DNA of 64,000 nucleotides from Enoplolaimus lenunculus (Eukaryota): NCBI GenBank assembly GCA_030248215.1, contig JASANG010002067.1, positions 248,001 to 312,000 of the forward strand, read 5' to 3'. Shown piece by piece: positions 24,250 to 35,404 of this stretch (position 1 is its first letter; each line of letters starts with the position of its first letter). The notes under the pieces were generated by a model. It saw only the letters and a program-made list of their open reading frames with translations, ran no database searches and was not told where the DNA came from. The position numbers and the translations under genes were made by a program.

Positions 24250-27200
24250 ATGTCCGCAAGGTTTTGCGTAGTTAATATAACATTTATTGTTACTCTATAT
24301 TTTGTTGGATTGAAAGGTAAGGGTTAAGTTTGATTTGGGCCGTTTTGGCAATCGACAAGGACCGTAGCCATGAACGTTTTAGTGGCAATCAATCTGCCTC
24401 ATGCGGTTTTTGTAAAGGAGATTTCAGATACACGCGCCCCTACCCTTATCATTCCTGCTTTTGTTTTTAGGGGGATTTCAAGACAATTATTTTCCATTTA
24501 TTCACCTTTTACCAAAACTCAAAAAAGTCGAATTTTTACTCTGAATATAATAAATTTATATAATATGTTATACTGTTAAGCGTGCTTTTGCCTATTTTTT
24601 GTTAATCGAAGAGAAGCGTCGCCTGTTATGGGTTGTGGCGTTACATAAGATTACGTCTAAGCCTACACCGAAGCCTAGGTTTTAGGCTTAACCTGTATAT
24701 ATGGCGTGAAAGTGTACCCAAGAGTTGCTGTCGTATTTTAGTTTACGGTCAAACCTGTGTCGACAGACGCGACCCTGTAAAATGTCGAAACGTCGTTTCA
24801 TCGGTTGGAGGTAACTGCCAAAACCGTGCTCTACAAGAATTTTTCCGCCGAAATTGCGCAAGAACTTGCAATTTATGTAAGCGTTAAATTGTAATATCGG
24901 AAACAGTTTACATATATTCAAGACTGTTTCGGAGGAGCGCATACATGAAGGAAATATGTGGGCTACATATTCAGACATAAGTTACTGGAAAGGCAATAGA
25001 AACAGGCACTTTTATTTAGTACGTTTCTGGAGTTTTACATGGTGGAACCGGCATAAACTTTAGTAGATACAGAAAAAATTAACGGGCATGGCACCAACAA
25101 AAATGCTTTAAGGCAAGTCAGTTCTAACCAAAAAATTTATAAAACCAGCTGTTGGGTCCAGCGAACAAGCTTGGATTAGTGTTAGGCCCGTATTTTCAAA
25201 TATGAGTAGCACCTATCACATCACAAAGTTGGTCACAGGCGCTTTGTAACTTTCTAAATGCAGTGGTGGCTTTTGAAATCAGCACATATTCAGAATTGAT
25301 TCGCACTACCTTCTGTGCAAGGTTTGAGTATCACATCTGCCGCAGTTCGGGAATTTGAAATCTTATCTTCACTTTTGTATACGTATTTGAGAATATAGGT
25401 ATTTGGACTGTAGTGTTACGCTAGGAAAATCTGCGATTGGCTGATTGGGTGATTTACTATGCCAACTAGACGCTTGATTCATATATTAAAACGAGAATGA
25501 TAAAAGCAAGTTGCTTTCTGCTTATTATTTTAGGCGGTCAATCGTCTGGGCAGTCGTCTGCACAATGCGAAAATCAGCTGGGCGACTCAGAATGTGATGG
25601 CGTATTACGAATAGTCCCTGATGCTTGTGATAGAGAAGTGTACAAGACACGCTGCGCGAAACGATGTCAATTGTGTCCCGGCAACGCAAGTAACGGTGAA
25701 TATATAAATTGGTTTCTTGTATATATTCTGCCACGTTTGTGGTTGGGCTTATTTTCAGTATTAGGTTAGGCTTATGGTCAGCCTTGGGTTAAATATGTTC
25801 CGGGGACAAAACTAATGCTACATAATGGGCTATTGTACGTATTCCACCACAATTACATTAGTCTTCGAAATAGTGTTACTGCTTAGGAGCATCCGTGCTT
25901 GCTGATTGGTTATTTGCACGGTGTAACTGGATTCCGTTTTCGGTAAAAATATCTTAGAAATGCCGGAAATTCTGTGATTTTTGTGTTCAAAGTTTGAAAT
26001 GAATCTCGGATCTCGCAATTTTTATTACACATATGTAGCAATTGTTGGATTTGAAGCCAAAGTTACGAAATTCATCCAAAATCTTAAAAAATTTGGAATA
26101 TCCGCTCTTTTTTAAAATTTTACTACGTACAGTGAATATTTGCATGCCTCAATTGTGGCGGCAGAAAAATGAAACATTTTGCTGGATTATACGATAAAAG
26201 CAAGTTGCTTTCTACTCAATTAAATTATTTTAGGTGGCCAGTCGTCTGAACAATGTGAAAATCAGTTGGGCGACTCAGAATGTGATGGCGTATTACGAAT
26301 AGTCCCTGATGCTTGTGATAGAGAAGTGTACAAGACACGCTGCGCAAAACGATGTCAATCGTGTCCCGGCAACACAGGTAACGACGACTACATAAATTAG
26401 TTTCTTGTACACTTTCTGCCACATTTGTGGTTGGGCTTATGGTCAGTCTTAGGTTTAATATGTATCGGCGACAGACATAGTAGACCTGTTGTACATATTC
26501 CGCTACAATTATGTTAGGCTTCGACATAGACTTTTAGGTTTAGAAACACTTTACCTCATCTATGCATGTACGACATTGCTTAAGCCTAAGCGTAACCTAA
26601 AGTCTACGCTTTAATCTTTAAACGCAACGGAAGTATACAAGAGCCTACAATTGATATCTGGGATTGCAATTTTGCTATATTCATTAAGTATTGAAATTTG
26701 AGATACGCTTTTTCGGTTCGGAAAAAATTCAAAATATGCGTCAGGTTTTATAAGTTCAATTTTTTCGCTGTAAATTTCTTGTGGTTTATATCTTGTGGTT
26801 TAAAGCAGGCCATTGCAAACAAATGCACTGAATATTTTCATTCATTTTTATAGCTACGGGGATACTGTAGTGACCCGAATAAGAGGGGGACTGATATTTA
26901 TTTGGCCTCTCAAGAGGGCGCCCCCTCTTGTTATTCGGCTATGGACTGTTATTTTTAACCCACGCTCCGCCGCCCTTCGTTACTGATGCATATCCGGTAC
27001 TGCAATTAATTATCCGTTGAATTGTTTATTTGTCTTGTGACAACTTTATACTTAGGAGTGTAGTTTCAAAATTTAGGTACGCTTTAAAGTTTCGAACTCA
27101 AATTCTTTGGTCCTAGAGTCATTTCTACGCTACAGTTAGGGTTAATTGACATTTGACTCTAATTAGGATGTAGGGACCCTATCCGCTTACGGACTCTTAT

Positions 27201-28406
27201 TAGGGATACGGGCTCCTACCCCCCCTCTTATTTATTACCCCTCTTATTCGGGTCAATACAGTAACGTTACCGCCACTGAATAAATTTCTTTTAATATTTC
27301 AGTCACGAATTGCAATAGTGTTACCGACAACAATAATGTGATTATTGATGCGCTCGGCATTGAATGCGTCGCAACCGTGCAATTATTTCCAATGTCTTGT
27401 AGCGATACGACTGGAAACATTGCGGTGAACTGTCAACGAGAGTGTTGCAGACGAGCACAAAGTAAAAAATTTGAGAAAATCGTGTCAAAAATAAAACGCA
27501 TTTCGGATACTTTTCGCGTTTCAAAAAGCATACCTACTTTCACAACCGTTTTTTGTAAATGAAGAAAGTTACGAAATGAATAGCTAACGTAGCCGGACGT
27601 GTTAGTGGGTAAAGATTTTTTACCCTCGTTGCACTTTCCCGCGGAAAAATTATTTTTTACACGAACGTACATAATATGCCCGCGCAAAATTTACATTTTA
27701 CGAGTGTTAATAGTTCTTTTTCACTCATACGCTAAAAACAGTCAAATTTTTCTACATTATCTGGTTTCAAGTTTCTTATGAAAATTTTACGCGGGTAAAC
27801 AATCGCAAATTTTTACCCTCGCTTTCAAATCCTTTAACCGCTGGTATACAAGCGCTAAAATCTTCTCACCTGTACCAGCGTTATCCGCGGGCACCCACGG
27901 GTGAGTGCGTGCGAGCTGCTTGCAGCTCTCAGATAAACTAATGCATTTCAATTTTGGGCTATGTTTTTGGTGATTGCTATTTAATTTTTTATGTTAGTTG
28001 AAAATTATTGGCAAACATTTCATGTAGTGCAAAGAGTTGGGGCTGCGTAATTACTCGCCGCGCGATTCTATGCATAAGATTTATTTTGATACACGAGGTG
28101 CAAAAAATCCAGTTCTGTTCGACGCCGCGTGATGGTGAAAGGTTTTGCGCTGCGGCATGCTGCGTAGAAAAGTAAGACGCAACCCATAACACTGATTTAA
28201 ATCAAATGTTTTAAACAGAATTACATAGCTAATTATTGATTTTAACAGTGTGCGAGCAGTATTCGGATGGTCGATTGGAAGACATAGTGACAGGTGTAAA
28301 TTGCGCATCTGCTGTCGAAACTTTTGCAAACGCATGCGCTCAAGATGCGTCGCTGGTCAAGCGAACGTGCAGAAAGTCTTGCTGTATAAACAGCAGTTCT
28401 CAATGA
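24250..28406 (+). CDS. Secreted multi-ShKT (ShK toxin-like) domain protein, ~274 aa, five domains
   Basis: Exons: 24250-24316 (MSARFCVVNITFIVTLYFVGLK, signal peptide), 24742-24876 (CVDRRDPVKCRNVVSSVGGNCQNRALQEFFRRNCARTCNLC), 25534-25695 and 26234-26377 (CENQLGDSECDGVLRIVPDACDREVYKTRCAKRCQxC), 27303-27461 (C..C..C..CQRECC), 28249-28406 (C..C..C..CRKSCC...*). All introns are phase 1 GT-AG. Domains 1-3 have the ShKT signature Cx3Cx2C. Confidence 0.85.
26865..27261 (+). mobile_element. MITE family A
   Basis: ta|ctgtagtgacccgaataagag ... ctcttattcgggtcaatacag|ta, in intron 4 of the ShKT gene. Confidence 0.88.
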
Positions 28407-28495
28407 TGAAAAATTGAAAGAAATTGGTTGTTTTTAAAGGTCTAATTGCATGCTGTGATTATTTCGGAAAATCTTGAAAGCAGCATTGATATTTT

Positions 28496-28722
28496 GGCCC
28501 ATGTTACTTTAAGCAGCGTCCAGATTTCTGGTGGGTCTATAAAAGGGTTTAGATTCTATATTAAACTTTTTTGCTTAGGCTTAGGCTTAGGAACACATTA
28601 TTGCAACGCTAAAGCTTAGGAACACATTATTGCAACGCTTAGGCTTAGGAACACATTATTGCAACGCTTAGGCTTAGGAATAGGCTTAATCTACTGTTAC
28701 GCCCTTAAAAGTAACATTGGCC
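28496..28722. mobile_element. MITE family D with TTAGGC hexamers and a triplicated 29-bp unit
   Basis: TIR gcccatgttacttt ... aaagtaacattggcc. The unit gcttaggaacacattattgcaacgct occurs three times (gaacac at 28591, 28620, 28649). An inverted homologue lies at 34111-34295. Confidence 0.7.
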
Positions 28723-29447
28723 GATATTTTTAAATTGCATCCTTTACTGTTTATATTCTTTAGAATTACGTTTGTTCCAGAATTAAACCAATATAGAACG
28801 ACTGCCAGTGCAATGCTAAGATGGCTTTTATTAGAATGACACATCTTTGATGCAGATCATCTGTTTTAAGGTGAATCTAAATTTAGTTCCCATTACAAAA
28901 TCGATTAAGTTTTCGTTGTAAATAAATGTTGATCGCACAGCATAAAGAACATATATACTTCTTTGAGTTTTATGTTTATTTTAATAATAAAATGGCTCAA
29001 GAAATTGTAGCCCATCTCGAAAATTTGATGGGTACCGTAATATATATTTCTACAGGATCCTTGCTAGATTACGGTAGATGCGATGTTCCTATGACGCGAT
29101 AGTGCACGTGTTTTCTGTTTGAAACCAAAAATGGAAGATTAAATCTCTTCAGTCCTAGTGATGAAGGTAAAATTTGTAGGTTTGCTTGCATATTGCGACA
29201 AATTTAAAATTGTTGGCTAAAGAATCGCTTTTAAAAATTAAAGGATCTTCATAACAGAAATTTTTTGTGATGCTTTAAATTTTACTTTAAGCTAACACAA
29301 AATTGGTAGCTTTACATTTACTTAAATCAGGAAATGACAGCAGTAGTATTTACATTATTTAAACAAAGGTTTACTCCGCATTTACAACATACTTAAAATA
29401 GTTAGAAAATATAACTACAGTATTTTAAGTAGAGTGTTTTTACAGAG

Positions 29448-30527
29448 TAAGTGACTCGAATAAGAGGGAGATGGCTATAATATATTTAGTCCAGGTGTTG
29501 TTGAATCTTTTGGTGTTACGCTTACTTTTTGCGAACACTCGGTAATGTTTGTTTCAAAATTGAACCCAAACATAAAACGAAACGCACCAAGCAAATTTCA
29601 TAAAAATGAGCAAAATTTGTTTTCGAAATGGCCGCAACGTCCGGCAGTTTCTACCGTAGCCGGAGGTTGATTCGCTGTTGAATCTAGAGCCGTACGCAGA
29701 CTTCCGGTTGTACCCTTGTTAACAAGTCCCGCTGAGTTTCACGGGCGCTATACTGCAGTCTTCTCCAATTCTTCAAAAAATTTAAATCTAAATTTAATTT
29801 GAAGAGGTCATTTGACGGAGTTTCTCGCAAATGGGATTCGGAGGAAAATTTGGTAGGCACCGCAAACGGATGCAAACTTCTGGTCGTATTTCGCAAATTA
29901 CAAATATATACTGCAAGTAAACAATGATTTCGATGATTGATCTAGAGTTTATATTTCTGATATGGCGGGCGTTTATGAAATTCATAGAAATTCGGTAACC
30001 AGAAATGCGGTAACCAAGGCGCCGATAAAATGTTTGTACAAACCACATTAAAACATGACAGTTTAATTTCTACCTAGAAAATATATCATAAATTTTTACC
30101 AAAAACTGTGAAGAATGTAAAGCTTTAGAGCGAGTGAAGCATGCGAGAAGCTTCAAATAACATTTGGTATCAGGCCAAAACATATAATCTCACAATTTGA
30201 GTGTGTTATACTTTAATGCGCTGGACGCCGACGCACGCCGTCGCAAGCCGCTATGCGTTGCTAACAAAAATGGCCAAATCTGGTGGAATTTTTAATGAAT
30301 CTGGTGGAATTTTTAATGAAAATTTTCGCGTGAGTATAGCGCACCCCTTAATCACCACTACGCGTGTTTAGAAAACTTCACTTCATTTTGACACTAATTC
30401 GATGGACTCCAATTAGGACATATTGACTTTATCTACTAACGGACTCTAATTAGGGGTACAAATTTCTTTGAATGAGACTCTAAACGGGGACTCTTTTTAT
30501 TACCCCATCTTATTCGGGTCATTGCAG
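29448..30527 (+). mobile_element. Degenerate family A MITE whose two ends enclose a family B fragment and other DNA
   Basis: Left end gtgactcgaataagagg at ~29451. Right end cttattcgggtcattgcag|ta at 30527. Family B right half at ~29530-29718. Confidence 0.45.
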
Positions 30528-30569
30528 TACGAGACGTTATTTCGAAGTTCAGTTTCCTGTCTCTCTGCC

Positions 30570-31980
30570 TCATGGCAGTATTTTGAATGTTAGCTGTAAA
30601 ATCCAAAGTGACACCGCCAAGAGTAACAGATATTCTGTAGCTGGACGTTTGTACGAAGCAGCGTGGTTACCTAAAACAAATGGAACAGCTGATTATTTGA
30701 TTAATTAAGCGACCAGAAATTACTGTTTTTGAAATTCAGGTACCGACTACTCTAGGGACTCAAATAAGAGAGAAGGACTGATATTTATTTGGCCTCTCCA
30801 GAGGGAACCCCCTGTTATCCGGTTGCGGACTGTTGTATATTTTTAACTCGCCCTCCTTTGCCCGCCGTTACTGATATATCCGGTATTGCAACTATCCGTT
30901 GAATTAAACGTTTATTTGTCTTGTATCATGAGCTTTAGCGATAATGCAAGTTTACACTTACAAAGTTCGTTCAAAAGTTAAGCACGCCTTAATGTTTTGA
31001 ACTCAAGTTTATTTCGGCCCTTGAGTCATTTATGCGCTACAGTTAAGAATAATTGACATTTGTGGACTCTAATTAGGATTTAGGGACTCTATCCGCTTAC
31101 GGACACTTTAGGAATACGGACTCCTATTGATTGTGACGCAAAATGGGGACCCCCTTTTATTCCCCCAATAGCAACAATAGTTGCACGGACATATTCTCCG
31201 ATGCATAGCAGCAAAGTGTGTGCAAATAACAGATACTGTGCAAATGCGTAATACAAAGTCTACGCATTACGTAAGAGCCCCTCGTGCTTGGGCGTCCAGC
31301 CTCTACTGCTGAGTGGTGATTTTAAACGGTTTTGACTTGAGAAATTCAAAATGAAATCCCAGCTTGTAAAATAAAACTTCTTTTCAAGTATTACACGCAC
31401 TTAAATATCCATTTACTGTTTCGATAATTTAGGTCCATTTCCCTTAGTTTTACTATCTGTTAACAGTACAGCCTGGCATTTAACGGATTTTATTTTGAGA
31501 CGTATTGTATACATGTGCGATTGGTCTCGTGGAAATACAACTTTTGAAATTTTAACCTCCGTCGTCCTTGTCTTCATTGTTGCTACTGTCGTTCTGATCA
31601 TTTTCCTCGCTATCTGTATTTTGATTAGCAGCAGTTGTAGGCTTGACAGTTGTTGTCGTTGTTGGCTTACATAGCTCATCGACACGGTCAAATGTGGCTC
31701 GAAATTGTTGCGCAACTTTATCGTAAACATCTTTCACATCACCAGGACATTTTCCGAGGCATGTTTCGTAGTCGACAAATAGTTGACAAAATTTTGCAAC
31801 ACTTTCGTGATTGCTTTCATCGACTGATGATGCAGTTTGTATTGAACTCGTAAATTGATTAGTACAATTTAAGACGCATTCTACTGCAACTGCGCTAGGT
31901 ATCCTGCCAATGAACACGAAAAGGCTGCAGAGTTGCCAGCCTGCGATCACGAATTTTGAACGCAGTATATTGGTGTGCAT
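30570..31980 (-). CDS. Small six-cysteine surface protein (CPG4/DUF19-like Cys pattern) with Thr/acidic stalk and probable GPI-anchor signal, ~174 aa
   Basis: Exon 1 is 31980-31557: signal peptide, CVLNC...FCQLFVDYETCLGKCP...ELC, PTTTTTVKPTT and an acidic tract. A phase-1 intron follows. Exon 2 is 30670-30570 after a ttttag acceptor: GNHAASYKRPATEYLLLLAVSLWILQLTFKILP*. Confidence 0.78.
30750..31168 (+). mobile_element. MITE family A, diverged
   Basis: Same internal sequence (gactgatatttatttggcctctccagag...ggactctatccgcttacggac) with eroded TIRs. Confidence 0.75.
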
Positions 31981-32403
31981 TTTATGGCAAAAACTTTTAT
32001 GCAATTATTTAAATTTTTATGAAAACTGAAACAATATTAAATACAACATCTTGGTAAAATTGTTAAGTAAAGTTTAACACGTTTTCAACTGTAATAGACA
32101 ATATGGCATTTTGCTACTGAAGGCATACAATATTGCAGAATTGTAGTACAGTGAGCTGTAAAACCTTCGTTTTGGGCATTTTTCTGTGATTTGTTGTGAC
32201 TCTTTTCCGCGTTGGTTCTTCGCGGCTTGTCAAATTTTCGCTCCTTCATTCTACTCGGCTTTGTAGCAGATCCTGAACTAGAGCCCTAATTGCAAAATTT
32301 TGGTTTTTCGTCTTCGCTGAATCTAATATGTTAACTATGCGGACAGAAAGCTCAAATTAGCACCTACTAACGGTCCCAAGGTTTAGCCTCCAGAGATTAG
32401 TTA

Positions 32404-32757
32404 CTGTAGTGACCCGAATAAGAGCCCTAAACCCTAATTATAGTCTATGACAATTATCCCTAATTATAGTGCGTAAACGACTCCAGGACCAAAAAAGTTT
32501 AGTTGGAATCGAAAAACCATACTTAAGTTTTGAAAGTACAGTTCTAAGTATCTTGCATTATCGCTCATGTTTTTGCTACAAGACAAATAAACGTTTAATT
32601 CAACGGATCGTAACAATACCGGATATATATATCAAAAACGAATGGCGGCGGTGGGCGGGTTATAAATATATTACAGTCCGTAACCGAATAACATGGGGGT
32701 ACACTTTCGAGAAGCCAAACAAGTATCGGCCCTCGCCTCTTATTCGGGTCACTACAG
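32404..32757 (-). mobile_element. MITE family A, opposite orientation
   Basis: Perfect TIRs ctgtagtgacccgaataagag / ctcttattcgggtcactacag. The interior is the reverse complement of the other copies. Confidence 0.85.
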
Positions 32758-34110
32758 TTATAATAAGTACATAAGTAGGCCTAAGTTTTGACCCTGTACG
32801 AATCTAATTTTTATAACGGATTTATATTTAATTTTCGTTCGTTTCACAGCTGTCTGCCAGTTCCCACCTGCAAACTGGCCGATATAGGATCAAAGTCGTT
32901 AATACACCAAATGGTCTTATGTTGGTATTTAATTGAGTTTCATTAGTTTGTGTTCCTTGAATTACCACAGGGGCGTCCCGAGAGGGTGGATGGGCCGCGC
33001 CCCCAATAGCAATCAGTTCGTGCGGCATAATTTACATTAAATACAAAAATTATGCTTAGGTTGCTGCTCAAAGGAATACATCAGAGTCAAATTCGCCAAC
33101 CTTGTCAGCTCAAAACTCTAAAGATAATAAAAATTGTGCAAAGCTTCACAGGTAAACAAGTACTAAACCGGGGGGTTCCGGTTTGGTTATTTAGACTACG
33201 CATTTCATGAATATTAAACAAACGTTTGGAGACTGTTACAGAGGGATTTAATACTGAAACAATTATAGCCTCTCGCTCAACCTAAAGCCCGGCTGCGAAC
33301 CTTTGTTCACTCGGTTTTAACTCTAAAACAAAAAAACGCCCAAAAAGACTCCAAACTGAAGTACTACACTAAAGATAATAGTGTACAGCTTTTCGATTAT
33401 TCCATCTGGTCCACCTAGCCAGCCCGCCAAAAATTTAGGGGGCATAACAACACTGAAGTTAATCTCGGATCCGACCTTGAAAGCGTGGTCAACGTCATAT
33501 ATCCTGCCAAACAATTTAGATGGGTCACTGCTAAAGAGTTTATGTTCACATGTGGAAACTCAAGGCACGGATTTGGCAGGATGCAGCCACCAACCCAAAT
33601 TTCTCGGTACGCCACTAAATTATCATGCCTAAATCTTTCGCTGTCTGTGTTATAAGTAGCCGTAATTCATTGAGGGCGACCGCACTGTGCAAATTTCTAT
33701 TGAAATGGTCATGGCCTACTCAACGCGACTAACGTATGGCTGATCAACTGGTAGCAGCACAGGTTGTCGATGCTGCTACATAGGTATGCTACATCTATAC
33801 GAGATTTCATGGATAGTCGCCACGCCTAAATCTGTTATATCAGTTGTTGATGTTGATATCGGTTTCAGTTGGTTCTGGTAAGGTGGGAGGGCTGTTACCC
33901 CTAACATTTGTGGGAATATCGTGTTGCGTATTACAGCGTGTGTGCTTAATAGTTAATATTATGATACTTTAACGCTTACATTTGTGGCTGTAAACGAGAA
34001 AAAATAAGAAAAACGTTTTGCCTGCTATTAATAAGTGACAAACGCAACCAGAGAGGCCGGGGTACGGAATCTGTGAGATGTTTCTTAAAATGAAACCAAT
34101 ACACTCATTG

Positions 34111-34295
34111 GGTCAATGTTACTTTAAAGGGCGTAACAGTAGAATAAGCGTATTCCTAAGCCTAAGCTTTGCAAAACTGTGTTCCTAAGCCTAAGTCAAA
34201 GCCTAAAGCCTAAGCAAAAAATGTAATCTAGAATTTAATCCTACTCTTTTATATGCCCACCAGAAACCTGGACGCCCCTAAAAGTAACATGAGCG
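34111..34295. mobile_element. MITE family D, inverted relative to 28496-28722
   Basis: ggtcaatgttacttt...gggcgtaacagtaga...cctaagcctaag...cccaccagaaacctggacgc...aaagtaacatg is the reverse complement of the 28.5-kb copy, with a single 29-bp unit. Confidence 0.7.
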
Positions 34296-35335
34296 CTCAT
34301 TACGATACTTATGTTACATAAATCTTTATATTAAAGCTGGAACACCCCACATACGTATTTTGGGCAGCGTTCCAGCAAAGTTACAATATTCAAATTAGTA
34401 GAAGTTTGCAAAGATATAAAACTGTTGTTTCGATTTTCTTAGTAAACATTATTGGATAGACGTTTTGTGTTTTGTTCTATTAGACATTGATAGGATACTT
34501 ATTTGTTGTCTTTAGCTATGTTAAAGGTGCGAAGTATATTTTCCACTACAGAGTGAAATCCCGGGTTCAGTCTTTCCATTATTAGGAATGCATGCAGTAC
34601 CGAACCAATAACTCCGCATTAACTATAATGATATTTAGTTGTATGAGTTGTCACTCAAGCTTCAAAGCTTAGGTAAAAAATGCTTAAAAACAAACACTTT
34701 TGAACATAGGCCGAAACCCAGTATTAATAGGATAGTGGCATATATGTACAACTACGGATTACTAGCAAACTTTAAAGGTAAATCTGTACAGGTCATAAAA
34801 CAGTATACAAAAAACAGTAGTACATTAAACTACAACACTAGAAAACTACGTTTAAACGAAACAATATTCCCGAAATCTGTCGAAAAACAAACATCATCAT
34901 TTATTTAGACTTTATCCCAAACGTTTCGCTATGGCTAAACAATGGATTTCGAAAAGGCTCTGTTAACTTTATTTATACGGTGTTTTGTTTTACAGATACA
35001 AGCCGTATGGAAATGGGTCACAAATCCTGAACTCGTTTATATATGTTTGCTAGAGTATATCCGAACAAACTGGTAACCGTTGGACATTTATTTATGCTTA
35101 AGCGAAGATTCACGTGCACATTCAGGTTTGACTGTAACATAGGCCAGGTTAAAATTTACGTTCAGCGATCGACACAAAAGCGGTGATGGTGAAATCTTCA
35201 CATTCAAAAATCTATGCTTCAAATCCTAGCTTGAAATTCGATCAGTTATATTTGTCCATGTACTATTTTGATTTTTGATACGTTCTCTGTATTCAGACCA
35301 TATCAAACCGCGGATTAAAGATTTTCATAAACCAC

Positions 35336-35370
35336 TATTATTATTATTATTATTACTATTATTATTATTC

Positions 35371-35403
<33 letters not shown>
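35336..35403. repeat. (TAT)n microsatellite
   Basis: About 22 near-perfect TAT units. This produces the poly-Leu ORF 35275-35478. Confidence 0.95.

Positions 35404-35404
<1 letters not shown>

Noticed and set aside
25497..25769. Stand-alone single-exon ShKT gene starting MIKASCFLLIILGG
   Set aside because: The apparent signal peptide coincides with a polypyrimidine tract and ttttag acceptor, and the duplicated copy at 26193 lacks the ATG and has a stop there. An internal exon is more parsimonious, though an alternative start is not excluded.
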